Shown in pieces: positions 9,043-18,849 of a stretch of DNA of 42,779 bases. Within the stretch, counting starts at the first letter, position 1, and every line of letters begins with the position of its first letter. Location: the sequence record DRR723986_4700; one strand, written 5' to 3'. The notes below the pieces were generated by a model. It was not told the DNA's origin. It saw nothing but the letters and a program-made list of their open reading frames with translations, and made no database searches. A program made the translations under genes and the position numbers.

Positions 9043-10388
9043 GCTGTTTCCCTCGTTTTGGTCTGCTGTTGTTTTGTGCGGCTCAGCGAGCCATGCAGTA
9101 GTCCGCGACTCTCGAGCCAGCCGAAGGCGGCCTTGAGCGCGGGAGACGGTGCGCCTGGCGGCGGCTGCGCCAAGGCTGAAGACGGAAAGAAAGGCTTCAG
9201 GTCGCCCACTGGAATGCCCGCGACATAAGCAACGCCGCCGGGATCCTGCGGCGTCACCAGCACGTCGCGCTCGACCAGGCGGTTACTTTCGACAACAACG
9301 CGCTTGTGCAGGCTGGTCTCGTACACGATCGGATGGGACGGTTCGTCATCCGGCCATGAGACCCGTTCCGCCCAGAAAGGATTGCCGGAAAGGTCTGTTT
9401 CCAACCGGTAGAAATCGCGCCCGGTTCGTGCCTGACGCCAGAAGGTTTCCACGACGCGGTCCCGGTAGAACCGGGTGGCAAGATGGCTTCCTTTCTCCAC
9501 GTTCTCGAGAATGGTCAACACGCTCGGCACCGCAGAAAGTGCGGACGACAGGGCCCAGAACAGGCCGTGACCGGACAAGGGATCGATAGCAACCGCGGCA
9601 TCGCCAACCGGGATGACCGGCAGCTTCAACCGGGGAGCTGCCAGAACAAGACCGGCCGAGCGGGCAATCAATGGATCCTGGAAGACGAGGTCAGAGAACC
9701 GGCCAGCAAGTTGGTCCTGGGAAAGGAACCGGGCCATTCGTTCCCGCAAGGCTGCTTGTCCGGCTCCAACGAGATCATCCGCGCCAACGGAAATCTGCAG
9801 CCAGCGGCCAAAACCCGGATCTTCCGCCACCCAGAGCCAGCCTTCAGGGGTGGCCTCCACATGGGTGCCGGCGGCGCCTGCAGCTTGCGTGGCCAGTCCT
9901 GCAATTGCCAGGGTCTGTGGTCCCTTGAGGCGCTGGGCGGTAGAAGTCTGCCGTCCGCGTGCGTCGATCAACAGGCGTGCGCGAACCTCCTCACCAGTCG
10001 TAAGCTTCAACACGACGCCCTGCTGTTCGTCGGATTTCAGGATCCGGCCAAGGCGCGCCTGCCGGGTCTGTGCGCCTGCCTCAATGGCTGCACGCCTCAG
10101 GGCCTCATCGAAGACATGACGTCGAACCAGCCGCTCGCCATTGGCCGTTCCGGTGAGGCCAGCCCATGTCACGTGTCGGGGTAAGGGGTCGCTGGCAGCA
10201 CCCAGCGTGTTGCCAAGTCCCTTGGCAACAAGAAGCTGCGCCACCCGCTCACCGAGGCCTTCCAGCCTGGGCCGGCAGGTTGCCGGGTCGATCAGGAGCA
10301 CGCTGAGCCCGGCACAGGCCAGCTCACGCGCTGTGAATGCACCGGCGGGTCCACCGCCGGCCACTGCCACATCGATGCAGGTCACCAA
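9039..10388 (-). CDS. qhpG: FAD-dependent monooxygenase QhpG (Trp hydroxylation for CTQ)
   Basis: GGGPAG FAD motif, LIDARGR and VGDAAVAIDPLSGHGLFWALSSA. Stop overlaps the qhpA start (ATGA). Confidence 0.9.
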   Translation of the reverse strand: MVTCIDVAVAGGGPAGAFTARELACAGLSVLLIDPATCRPRLEGLGERVAQLLVAKGLGNTLGAASDPLPRHVTWAGLTGTANGERLVRRHVFDEALRRAAIEAGAQTRQARLGRILKSDEQQGVVLKLTTGEEVRARLLIDARGRQTSTAQRLKGPQTLAIAGLATQAAGAAGTHVEATPEGWLWVAEDPGFGRWLQISVGADDLVGAGQAALRERMARFLSQDQLAGRFSDLVFQDPLIARSAGLVLAAPRLKLPVIPVGDAAVAIDPLSGHGLFWALSSALSAVPSVLTILENVEKGSHLATRFYRDRVVETFWRQARTGRDFYRLETDLSGNPFWAERVSWPDDEPSHPIVYETSLHKRVVVESNRLVERDVLVTPQDPGGVAYVAGIPVGDLKPFFPSSALAQPPPGAPSPALKAAFGWLESRGLLHGSLSRTKQQQTKTRETA

Positions 10389-10627
10389 ATCTGTTCCCTC
10401 GTCCGGACGCCCAAGTTTTCAAGGTGCTGAACCGGATCTCTCTGTACCTGCCATTAGAGAGAGGGCTTTTTCGTACTTCTCGACAATTTCGGCCAATCTT
10501 TGCCGGCCTATTGAAATCCCGAACTGGTCAATTGCAACAACTCCGGAACTCTGCTGTAGTTGAAGCTTCCACTTGCCGTTTACTGCGGCAGGTGGGCCAA
10601 GCGGGACTTTCGGGAGAGGCGGGGGTC

Positions 10628-11653
10628 ATGCCAACAGGTGCCACGATCATCGCAGGTGCCTTGAGCGGTCTGCAGTCAATGCTGATCGACAAGGGGCTGG
10701 AGCCGGCAGCTCTGGGACGCCAGAGCGGCGTGCCTGTCGACGCCTGGCAGGACGCAAACTTCGAAATCCCGCTTTATGCGTTTGTCGAGATCTACGAGCA
10801 CGGCGCCGCCATGCTTGGCCAACCCGGCATCGGCTGGCAATCTGGCCCCAGGCTCAACCTTCACGACCTAGGCGAACTGGGCGAAGCCCTTCTGACTGCG
10901 TCCACCGTCGGTTCTGCTTTGCGCACGTTCGAACGCTTCATCAAATTTATCCAGAGCGAGACGGATCTGCAGCTGACCGTCGAAGACGGCGTTGCCACCC
11001 TCACCTACCGTATCCTCAATCCGGATATCTGGCCGCGCAGGCAGGATGCGGAATTCACGCTTTCCGTCCTGACAGAGCTCATCCGGCGTGGTGCCGGACC
11101 CAACTGGCAACCGGACCTCATCTGCTTCGAACACACGGCGGCGCGCCCGCTATCGATCTGGGCGGAAACCGCGGGCAGCTTCTGCCTGTTCGACTGTGAA
11201 ACGAACGCGCTCAGTTTTCCAGAAAAGGTCCTGTCCGCCTCAATGCCACGCGACAGTGGCGGTGGCCATCGCAACGCCCTTGCCAGCTTGAGCGAGGCAC
11301 TAGCCAACAAGGCCCGCACCAAGTCTTTGACCGCACGCACACGCACAGCCATCTACGAAGGGCTCGGCGCCGGGACGTCCGACCAGGAAGCCGTTGCCCG
11401 GCGCCTCGGCCTGTCGCGCCGCAGTCTGCACAGGCACCTGGGTGAGGAAGGCTTGCGCTTCTCCACGCTTCTGGACGATTGCCGCTACCGCATAGCCCGC
11501 CATGCCCTTGTCGACACCAGTCATTCCCTGGCGCAGATCGCTTTCGAACTGGACTATTCCGACCAGACCGCCTTCGAGCGGGCGTTCAAGCGCAAGACCG
11601 GCATGACGCCGAAGCAGTATCGGCAAAGCTACGGCCGAACGCCTGCGCGGTAG
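10628..11653 (+). CDS. qhpR: AraC-family activator QhpR (VirS-like)
   Basis: YRILNPDIWPRRQDAEFTL and C-terminal double HTH (LDYSDQTAFERAFKRKTGMTP). Divergent from qhpG. ATG 10628 follows GGGAGAGG. Confidence 0.85.
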   Translation: MPTGATIIAGALSGLQSMLIDKGLEPAALGRQSGVPVDAWQDANFEIPLYAFVEIYEHGAAMLGQPGIGWQSGPRLNLHDLGELGEALLTASTVGSALRTFERFIKFIQSETDLQLTVEDGVATLTYRILNPDIWPRRQDAEFTLSVLTELIRRGAGPNWQPDLICFEHTAARPLSIWAETAGSFCLFDCETNALSFPEKVLSASMPRDSGGGHRNALASLSEALANKARTKSLTARTRTAIYEGLGAGTSDQEAVARRLGLSRRSLHRHLGEEGLRFSTLLDDCRYRIARHALVDTSHSLAQIAFELDYSDQTAFERAFKRKTGMTPKQYRQSYGRTPAR

Positions 11654-11702
11654 CTGACGCCTGAAAGACAGACCTACAACACGTATCTCGCCTCCACGCC
11701 AC

Positions 11703-12743
11703 TTACAGCGCCCCTGCAAGTTCGGGATGCGAATAGGCCTGCGGATAAGGCATTGGCCGGAACGGCCCTAGCGGCACGACGTTGTTCCAGGAGCGCCCGA
11801 AATACCCCTGCCTGCAATGGACCAGCGAAGAACTGTCGGCAACACCCGGCAAGGCATGCACCCGGCACAGCCAGTGCCAGAGATTGGGATAGTCCAGGAT
11901 CCGCGCGCCGTTCAACTTCATGCGCACAAAATAGACCGGGTCGTGCCGATAAAGCGTCGGAAACAGCCTCAGGTCGGCTTCCGTAAAGCACTCCCCGGTG
12001 AGAAACGGTCCACCATTCGCTGCCAGCCGGTCTTCCAGCTCTGCCAGCATGGTGAAGTAACTTTCGTATGCTGCCGCATAGACGCTCTGGTCGGAAGAAA
12101 AACCGGCCTTGTAGGCGCCATTGTTTATGCGTGTGTAGATTGCCTCGTTCAGGGCATCGATCTCCGACTGCAAATCCACATCGTTCGGATAAAGGTCAGG
12201 CCTTTTTTCCTGAACTATCGTACTGCCCAGCACCCCGGCATGCGCGTTGAGCATGCGGATGATCTCGGCGCTTTCGTTGTTGACGATGCGCTGTTGCTTC
12301 TTGTCGTAAAGAACCGGGACGGATCGTTCGTCAGACCCTTCGGCGCGGTATATCTGTTGCACCAGGCGCAGCCCCTTGCCCGTCGCCGTTTCCTCAGTGC
12401 ATTCCGGCAAGGGCGCACCCGTCAGGCTCGCAATCCGTCCGGGGTTGAATTCCCAAAGGTTCTCCCCTGCCGGATCGTCTTTTTCAGTCCGGCCCGGAAA
12501 GGCGACATCCATGGAAACACCGGACTGAAGCCCGAGGATGTTTCGGGCAAGGGTTACACGGTGGCACCAGGGGCAATTGAGTGCGACAAAGAGATGATAT
12601 CTCCCGGGTTCGGCCGGGAAATCCGCATCGCCGATAGCAGACCGAAAGCCGCTGACACCGCGCACGAACTCTCCTTGCGCACGTCGGCCGGCCGCATCAG
12701 ACTGGTTTTCTTCCTTGGACAAATCGGCATTCGGCTTGGGCAT
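11703..12743 (-). CDS. Glutathionyl-hydroquinone reductase (xi-class GST, YqjG/ECM4 family)
   Basis: GRYHLFVALNCPWCHR, SVPVLYDKK, IVNNESAEIIRM, INNGAYKAGF and TEADLRLFPTL motifs. Confidence 0.88.
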   Translation of the reverse strand: MPKPNADLSKEENQSDAAGRRAQGEFVRGVSGFRSAIGDADFPAEPGRYHLFVALNCPWCHRVTLARNILGLQSGVSMDVAFPGRTEKDDPAGENLWEFNPGRIASLTGAPLPECTEETATGKGLRLVQQIYRAEGSDERSVPVLYDKKQQRIVNNESAEIIRMLNAHAGVLGSTIVQEKRPDLYPNDVDLQSEIDALNEAIYTRINNGAYKAGFSSDQSVYAAAYESYFTMLAELEDRLAANGGPFLTGECFTEADLRLFPTLYRHDPVYFVRMKLNGARILDYPNLWHWLCRVHALPGVADSSSLVHCRQGYFGRSWNNVVPLGPFRPMPYPQAYSHPELAGAL

Positions 12744-12818
12744 CGTCTTCCTCCGGGGCTGTCAGTCTAGAACCAACTAGCCGCCGGGAGCAAAACCGCA
12801 CCCGGCCGCTAGTTGCTG

Positions 12819-13385
12819 TTATCCGCGCAGGCGATGGTGAAGAATGATCGGCACTGCCAATTCCTCTTCATCACTCAGGTGGCGCGCCAGCAGGCTTTCA
12901 ATCGTCCCGGTTACCGGCTGCAGCTTGCCGGCTTCCTCGCGCGCCTGCTCTTCGTCCAGCTGGACCAGCTTGATGGCGCGATTGGCGGTTCGCGAGAGCT
13001 GGAACAGCATCGCGTCCAGCGCCTCGTGGTCCTTCTCCAGGATCTCCAGTCCCTTCTCGAAACGCAGGTCGGCCTCACAGAGTTCCGGAAAGTAGCTCCT
13101 GTCTTCCCAGGTGTGGTGGCCATGGAGATTGCGTACCAGCAGATCGCCGTAACGAGAGAGCCTGGCAGCAAAATCTCCCGGGTCTCTCAGCTTCTCCAGA
13201 TAGGCTTCCGTTTCGAGACGAACCAGTTCCGCCAACTGCCGGAACATCACATGTGCCCCCAGCCAGTTGCTGGTTTTCTCCCTGAAACCGGGATGTGCCT
13301 CCCAGGTATCGCGCGGATACGCATCCAGCAGAATGCGCATGTCCGCGGGCATTTCCGTGGTGCGAATTTCAATATCTGCGATCAT
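12819..13385 (-). CDS. Hemerythrin/HHE cation-binding domain protein
   Basis: WLGAHVMFR, LHGHHTWED...YFP, LEKDHEAL and HLSDEEELAVP His/Glu pattern. Confidence 0.82.
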   Translation of the reverse strand: MIADIEIRTTEMPADMRILLDAYPRDTWEAHPGFREKTSNWLGAHVMFRQLAELVRLETEAYLEKLRDPGDFAARLSRYGDLLVRNLHGHHTWEDRSYFPELCEADLRFEKGLEILEKDHEALDAMLFQLSRTANRAIKLVQLDEEQAREEAGKLQPVTGTIESLLARHLSDEEELAVPIILHHRLRG

Positions 13386-13534
13386 GACGTTTCCAATCTG
13401 ATTATTGGCGGGCCGGATAAGAAGGCACCTGGCGTGAAACGGTCCGGCACTTCAGGTCTTGCCACAGATAGGAAGTTGCAATTTTCATAACCAGATATCA
13501 AAATCAGAGATCAACGTTCTGATTTGGAGAACAC

Positions 13535-14455
13535 TTGGGACAGATAGAAGACCTGCGCCTGTTCGTTCAGGTGGTTGCCAGCGGCAGCATCTCCAAAGCC
13601 GCTGGAGAACTCGGCATTGCCAAGTCGGCCGTCAGCCGTCGCCTGTCCCTCCTGGAAGATCGCTATGGGACACGTCTCGTCGACCGCTCGCCCGGCCATT
13701 GGGACCTGACCGAGCCCGGGCGCGAACTCTTTCAGCGCGCGAGCCGCGTCGTCAGCGATGTCGACGACATCGAGGACGATTTCCTGAGCAGCGGAACAGC
13801 CCCTTCCGGACCCTTGCCGATTTCGATACCCAGAGATTTCGGCCACGGTTTCCTCAATGCGGCGCTGATCGATTTCCAGGCTCGTCACCCGGATATCCAG
13901 CTGACTGTGGATTTCGATGACCGGCTGGTCGATCTGGCCAGAGAGAACTACGACTTTGCGATCCGTATCACCGAAACGCGGCCCGAAGATGCCATCACGC
14001 TGAAACTGGGTACCGTGGAGCATTGCCTCTTTGCCAGCCCCGACTACTTGCGCCAGAACCCTGCGCCGCAATCGATCGAAGATCTGCAGCAGCACCGGCT
14101 TCTTCATTTCGGCTGGGCCAGGCGGACCGTTTGGGAGTTCCAAACGCAAAAAGGAAAGCGCCAGCAACTTGAGTTTCAGCCCGCACTTAATTCCAACAGT
14201 GGCGCGTTCCTGCTGGATGCAACCCTAAAGGGGCATGGCATCAGCCGGCTGCCGGATTTCATCGTGACGGGCGCACTGGCAGCCGGAAAGCTGGTGCCCC
14301 TGCTACCGGACATCGCTGTGCCGGCATGGGGCATCTATCTGCTCCACGCCCGCGAACGTCGTCTCAACCGTCGCATGCGCCTGTTTGCGGAGGAGGTTCG
14401 GGTGGCTTGTCTTTCCGGCCTTGGCAACGAGCCGCAAGTCCCTGCCCCGGACTGA
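13535..14455 (+). CDS. LysR-family regulator (CrgA/DmlR-like)
   Basis: N-terminal HTH GSISKAAGELGIAKSAVSRRLSLLE; VDLARENYDFAIRI. TTG start after GGAG. Divergent from the hemerythrin/GST genes. Confidence 0.92.
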   Translation: MGQIEDLRLFVQVVASGSISKAAGELGIAKSAVSRRLSLLEDRYGTRLVDRSPGHWDLTEPGRELFQRASRVVSDVDDIEDDFLSSGTAPSGPLPISIPRDFGHGFLNAALIDFQARHPDIQLTVDFDDRLVDLARENYDFAIRITETRPEDAITLKLGTVEHCLFASPDYLRQNPAPQSIEDLQQHRLLHFGWARRTVWEFQTQKGKRQQLEFQPALNSNSGAFLLDATLKGHGISRLPDFIVTGALAAGKLVPLLPDIAVPAWGIYLLHARERRLNRRMRLFAEEVRVACLSGLGNEPQVPAPD

Positions 14456-14478
14456 AACCCTTCCGGACTGAACCCCTT
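14447..14478. repeat. 16-bp tandem direct repeat across the LysR stop codon
   Basis: CCGGACTGAAACCCTT followed by CCGGACTGAACCCCTT (1 mismatch). Confidence 0.7.
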
Positions 14479-14495
14479 GCAACGCGAAGTCTAGA

Positions 14496-15272
14496 TCAGC
14501 CACGCCCCACGAACGGCATGCCGGTTGCCATCACCGTCAACGTCAGCACATTGGCATCCAGCGGCAGGCTGGCCATGTAAGTGACGGCATTGGCGACGTG
14601 GGCCGGATCAATGGTCGGCTCGGAAGCGGTTTCGCCATTTGCCTGCAGCACACCACCGCTCATCTTGGCCGTCATGTCACTGGCCGCGTTGCCGATGTCG
14701 ATCTGGCCACAGGCAATATCGAAGGGACGTCCATCCAGTGCGGCCGATTTCGTCAGGCCGGTAATGGCATGTTTGGTCGAGGTGTAGGGAGCCGAATTCG
14801 GTCTTGGCGTCGTGGCCGAAATCGAACCGTTGTTGATGATGCGCCCGCCTCTTGGTTCCTGCGCCTTCATCACCCGGAAGGCCTGCTGGGTGCACAGGAA
14901 GGCACCAGTCAGGTTTGCTGCCACGACAGCGCTCCATTCCTCGAAAGAAATATCTTCCAGTGGAACGGACGAATTCGAAATCCCTGCGTTGTTGACCAGG
15001 AGATCGAGCCTGCCGAAAGTCTTCGCGATCTCCTCAAAGAGCGCCTTCACAGATGCCGGGTCACCGACATCCGCGGCAATCCAAGAGACTTCATTGCCGC
15101 TGTTGCGGGAGAGTTCGGTCGCAGTCTTTTCCAGGACATCCTTGCGGCGGCCAGTGATCAGAACCCGCCAGCCGGCGCGGCTCAAACCAGCGGCAACTGC
15201 CTTGCCTACCCCCGTGCCGCCACCGGTCACAAGCGCGATCCTTCCCTTCACGTCAAATCCGTCTGCGGTCAT
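14496..15272 (-). CDS. Short-chain dehydrogenase/reductase
   Basis: [18 protein letters not shown] and YTSTK catalytic motif. ATGA overlap with denD. Confidence 0.92.
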   Translation of the reverse strand: MTADGFDVKGRIALVTGGGTGVGKAVAAGLSRAGWRVLITGRRKDVLEKTATELSRNSGNEVSWIAADVGDPASVKALFEEIAKTFGRLDLLVNNAGISNSSVPLEDISFEEWSAVVAANLTGAFLCTQQAFRVMKAQEPRGGRIINNGSISATTPRPNSAPYTSTKHAITGLTKSAALDGRPFDIACGQIDIGNAASDMTAKMSGGVLQANGETASEPTIDPAHVANAVTYMASLPLDANVLTLTVMATGMPFVGRG

Positions 15273-16255
15273 GGATTTCTGCCTTCCAGTTCATCTTCGA
15301 TATGTATGCGGATGATGTCGTCAAAGCTTGCTTCCGCCTGGAACCCAAGCTCCAGAGCACGCCTGGCATCGAAATTCCTCGGCCAGCCCTCAACGATCCG
15401 TGCAATAGCCTCATCCGGTTCCCGGCGGATCAGCCTGACAGCCTTTTCCCCCGCGACCCGCCGCAAGGCCTCGATCTGCTCCCCGACAGTGGCGGAAAGC
15501 CCCGGCAGGGTGACCGTTCTACGTGGACCGATCCCAACAGCGTCCATCCGTGCGGCATGAACGAAAAAGCCGACCGCGGCACGTGGGCTGGCAAACCAGT
15601 GGCGTACGCTGTCATCCACCGGCAGAACAGCCTCCTGCCCGGCAAGCGGCTCGCGCATGATGTTGGAGAAGAACCCCGAGGCCGCCTTGTTTGGCCTGCC
15701 CGGGCGAATGCAGATGGTTGGCAGGCGCAGGCCAATGCCGTCAAAAAAGCCCTTGCGGGAATAGTCGGCCAGCAGAAGCTCGGTGATCGCCTTTTGCGTG
15801 CCGTAGCTTGTCAGCGGCGTTGTAAAGAATTCATCGCCGATCTTTTCGGGAAACGGCTGACCAAACACTGCAATCGACGATGCGAAGATCACCTTCGGAA
15901 AATACGGCTCCCGTGCGCCTTCGATCCGGATCGCCTCAAACAATTCGCGGCTGCCGTCGAGATTGACCGCATAGCCCTTTTCAAACTCCTGCTCCGCTTC
16001 GCCGGAGACGATGGCCGCCAGGTGAAAGATGACATCGGGGCGCGAAGCGATCAGCGTCCGGGCGGCTCCTGCCTTCGAAAGATCCACGGTGACCGCCTCG
16101 GCAATACCGGGCAGCGCCGCTGGTGCGGTTGGCGAAACAGCATCGGCCAGCGTCAGTCGGGATACTTCAAAACCAAGAACCTCCGGCTGCGCAGCCAGCT
16201 TTTCAACCAGCTTGCGGCCAACCATACCGGCAGCGCCGATGACGAGAACATGCAT
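15269..16255 (-). CDS. denD: D-erythronate dehydrogenase-like extended SDR
   Basis: Start [55 protein letters not shown] and HWFASPR are typical of DenD. Confidence 0.8.
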   Translation of the reverse strand: MHVLVIGAAGMVGRKLVEKLAAQPEVLGFEVSRLTLADAVSPTAPAALPGIAEAVTVDLSKAGAARTLIASRPDVIFHLAAIVSGEAEQEFEKGYAVNLDGSRELFEAIRIEGAREPYFPKVIFASSIAVFGQPFPEKIGDEFFTTPLTSYGTQKAITELLLADYSRKGFFDGIGLRLPTICIRPGRPNKAASGFFSNIMREPLAGQEAVLPVDDSVRHWFASPRAAVGFFVHAARMDAVGIGPRRTVTLPGLSATVGEQIEALRRVAGEKAVRLIRREPDEAIARIVEGWPRNFDARRALELGFQAEASFDDIIRIHIEDELEGRNP

Positions 16256-16459
16256 GGAGGGTCTCCGCGGAACTTGATGGCAGGAACGTTCCTCGGGAGA
16301 CTTGCGGAGATTGGACGGAAGGGCAAGGCGGATTAAGCGGAAAGGTGTTCTCCCGGCCGAAGTACAACCTGAAAGCTTCAACATTCGGCCAGTGAACGGC
16401 CCGCAATAAAAGGGATCCCCCTGAGCCGCTTGCGCAGATCAGGGGGACAACGCGGTGGC

Positions 16460-17386
16460 TCAACCCGCCTTGATGAAGTTTTCCAATTTGCCCAATGTCT
16501 GCTGTCCAAGTTCCACAGCGCCAAAGCCCTTGGCTTCCTGGAATTCCGCAGCAGTGCTGAAGACCATGCCGAGCGTGACCTTCGTTGCGCCGTCTTCTTC
16601 CTCGAACGAGGCCCAGGCGTCTGCATGCTTCGGGCCATTCTCGCCCCAGAGCAGCGTATAGCTGAGCCGTTCGTTTGGCCGGACGTCCGTATAGAGATGG
16701 TGGTTCGGAAAAACCGTTCCGTCAGGTGCGATCATGTCGAACACCCACTCGCCGCCCGCGCGCAGATCAATCCGGGTGGTGCGGCAGGAAAAGCCGTCCG
16801 GCCCCCACCATTGCGGCAGGGTTTCGGGGTTCATCCAGGCGCCCCAGACAACGGACCGTGGTGCGCGGATCACCCGCTGCAAGATCATCGTGCGCTCGGC
16901 AGCGCCTGCCAGATTGTCCAGGCCCGCATTGAAGCCGTCCCGATATCCGCCTTCCATATTCGCGGCCAGCGAGGAAAGCTGCACGGTCACGGACAAGCGG
17001 CTGCTTTCACCCAGATCCGCGATCGACGCCGTAACCAGCGCGATGGACTGAGTTTCTCCTTCGCACGAAATCACCTCGTAATTCACGCTGCGCAGAGGTG
17101 GCTGAAGGTCCAGCCAACCGCATTCGCAGCGCATATCCGGCTGACCATCCACCTTGCAGAGCGAAATTTTGCGTCCGCCCACCCTGGTATCGGCTTCGAG
17201 AAATTCCACGGTAACGGCAGGTGACGGTGCCGCCCAGACTGCCCTTGCCGCCGGAGCGGTCCAGGCCTGCCAGAGGGTTTCGGCAGGGGCGGCCATGTCG
17301 CGCTCGAAGAAAAGCGTCGCAAATCCGTTTCTTCCCTCGCCAGCCGCGTTGGAGGCAGTGTTGTTCAGAACCACGCTCTGCGTCAT
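16460..17386 (-). CDS. Tandem SRPBCC/AHSA1 (Aha1/START-like) domain protein
   Basis: Two repeats: APAETLWQAWT...W...DTRVGG and APRSVVWGAWMNPE...WWGP...DLRAGG. ATGA overlap with ArsR. Confidence 0.87.
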   Translation of the reverse strand: MTQSVVLNNTASNAAGEGRNGFATLFFERDMAAPAETLWQAWTAPAARAVWAAPSPAVTVEFLEADTRVGGRKISLCKVDGQPDMRCECGWLDLQPPLRSVNYEVISCEGETQSIALVTASIADLGESSRLSVTVQLSSLAANMEGGYRDGFNAGLDNLAGAAERTMILQRVIRAPRSVVWGAWMNPETLPQWWGPDGFSCRTTRIDLRAGGEWVFDMIAPDGTVFPNHHLYTDVRPNERLSYTLLWGENGPKHADAWASFEEEDGATKVTLGMVFSTAAEFQEAKGFGAVELGQQTLGKLENFIKAG

Positions 17387-17724
17387 TCTCCGTTCTCCTT
17401 CATCACGTTCATTACAAACGCATCCAACCTGTCGAGGCGAGCCTCCCAGATGGCGCGCTGTTCATCGATCCATGTCCGCACCGGCTCCATGGCCTCCGGA
17501 ACGATGGCGCAGGTGCGTATGCGTCCATCCTTGGCGGTGGTGATGAAACCTGCCTCCTCCAGCACGGAAAGGTGCCTCATGACCGTCGGCAGCTTCAGTC
17601 CGGTCGGCTCCGCAAGGTCCGTCACCCGCGCCGGGCCACTTGCGAGCCTTGTCAACATCGCGCGGCGCGTCGGGTCTGACAGCGCGTGGAACAACAGGGA
17701 GAGATCAGGATCATGCTTAGCCAT
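17383..17724 (-). CDS. ArsR/SmtB-family regulator
   Basis: LFHALSDPTRRAML...VMRHLSVLEEAG...KDGRIRTC. Classic ArsR-SRPBCC pair. Confidence 0.9.
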   Translation of the reverse strand: MAKHDPDLSLLFHALSDPTRRAMLTRLASGPARVTDLAEPTGLKLPTVMRHLSVLEEAGFITTAKDGRIRTCAIVPEAMEPVRTWIDEQRAIWEARLDRLDAFVMNVMKENGE

Positions 17725-17786
17725 GTTGCTAAGTATTTCGAAATCCACATCAGGCGCAAGAAAAAACTTCGTCAATTGGCTAAGTT
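17714..17786. promoter_or_regulatory. Two candidate ArsR operators (CTTAGC-N6-GCTAAG)
   Basis: TGCTTAGCCATGTTGCTAAGTA at 17714-17735 spans the ArsR start codon. AACTTCGTCAATTGGCTAAGTT at 17765-17786 is a second near-palindrome with the same half-site. Confidence 0.65.
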
Positions 17787-17933
17787 TTAGCCTGAAACAG
17801 TCAGCGCGACTGAAAGAAAAGTCTTTTAAATCTTATAGTTAGAATAGAACTCTAAAAACTAGCCGCAAGGACGAAACTGGCAATTCTGCGGTCCATCCCC
17901 GTGAATATAGAAGCCAACGTGCTTCGCACCCCG

Positions 17934-18701
17934 TCATCCCATCAGCAAAACCCGAGCCGGCATCCACAGCCCCATGGCCGTCATCATCAGGCTTTCGGTC
18001 AATGAAACAAAGCCGAGCGGAACGGAGGAACTGCCGCCAACGCAGGCGCATTTCAGCTCCCGTTTCTCCAGATAGACCGCCTTGAATATGCTGATAGCGC
18101 CGATCAGGCCAATAAAGAAGGAAACCGGGGCCGACAGCCAGACCAATGCACCGGCCGTCATCAGGATCCCCGCGAAGGCCTCTGCGTAGGGATAGATCCT
18201 GGAATAGGGAACCCAGCGGCGGGCCAGCAGATCGTAGTTCAGAAACATCGTGGAGAAACTCTCCACGTCCTGCAGCTTCTGGATCGCCAGGATCGACATC
18301 GAAAGCGACACGAACCATTCCACGGCCCGCAAGCTGAGCATCGTTCCATATTGATGCCAGGAGAGGCCAAGCGCCAGAAGCAGGGCCACTGAAAAGATGG
18401 CGATCACGGGCCGATAGGTCGTGTCGCTACGCTCTTCCTCTGGCGGATCAAGTTTGAAATAGACGCGCAAGGAGTCATAGCCCCCGATCCGCTTGTTGCC
18501 GACGAAGGTTTGTGGGGTCGTCTCGACGCCGTGTTTTTCCATGAAGGCGTCTGTCTCCTCACGGGTAGTGAGGTGATGATCTTCAACCTCGAAGCCCTGC
18601 CGTTCCAGAAGGTCCTTCGATTTCAGGCCATAGGGACAGATGTGCCCGGGCATGACCATTCGGTAAAGCCTGGCGGTCTTTTGCTCGTCAGTACCGTTCA
18701 T
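17934..18701 (-). CDS. Glutaredoxin-MauE/DoxX fusion membrane protein
   Basis: N-terminal Grx fold (CPYG, TTPQTF, IGGYD). C-terminal TM region with FLNYDLLA and LKCACVG of the MauE-like family. Confidence 0.82.
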   Translation of the reverse strand: MNGTDEQKTARLYRMVMPGHICPYGLKSKDLLERQGFEVEDHHLTTREETDAFMEKHGVETTPQTFVGNKRIGGYDSLRVYFKLDPPEEERSDTTYRPVIAIFSVALLLALGLSWHQYGTMLSLRAVEWFVSLSMSILAIQKLQDVESFSTMFLNYDLLARRWVPYSRIYPYAEAFAGILMTAGALVWLSAPVSFFIGLIGAISIFKAVYLEKRELKCACVGGSSSVPLGFVSLTESLMMTAMGLWMPARVLLMG

Positions 18702-18849
18702 CGGAAAAGCTCCTCAGTCAAACGGGATCCGACCGGGAAACGACCACTCACTTCGACATGATATTGATTGCGCGAGCATGCCTGTTCCGCACCGGCCGGC
18801 TGAAGTTTTCTGACAGGCAAACGCGGCGAGCCACGGATGGTTGCGAGGC

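Noticed and set aside
10337-10627. N-terminal extensions in the ORF track (also 5694-6140, 15269-16384, 20346-21362, 23904-25643, 29707-30198, 29966-31465)
   Set aside because: They overlap neighbouring genes or promoter regions. Downstream ATGs with an RBS or family-typical N-termini fit better.
14447-14478. 16-bp tandem repeat as a target-site duplication or att site
   Set aside because: The copies are adjacent with no element between them, so replication slippage is sufficient. The same applies to 41945-41976.
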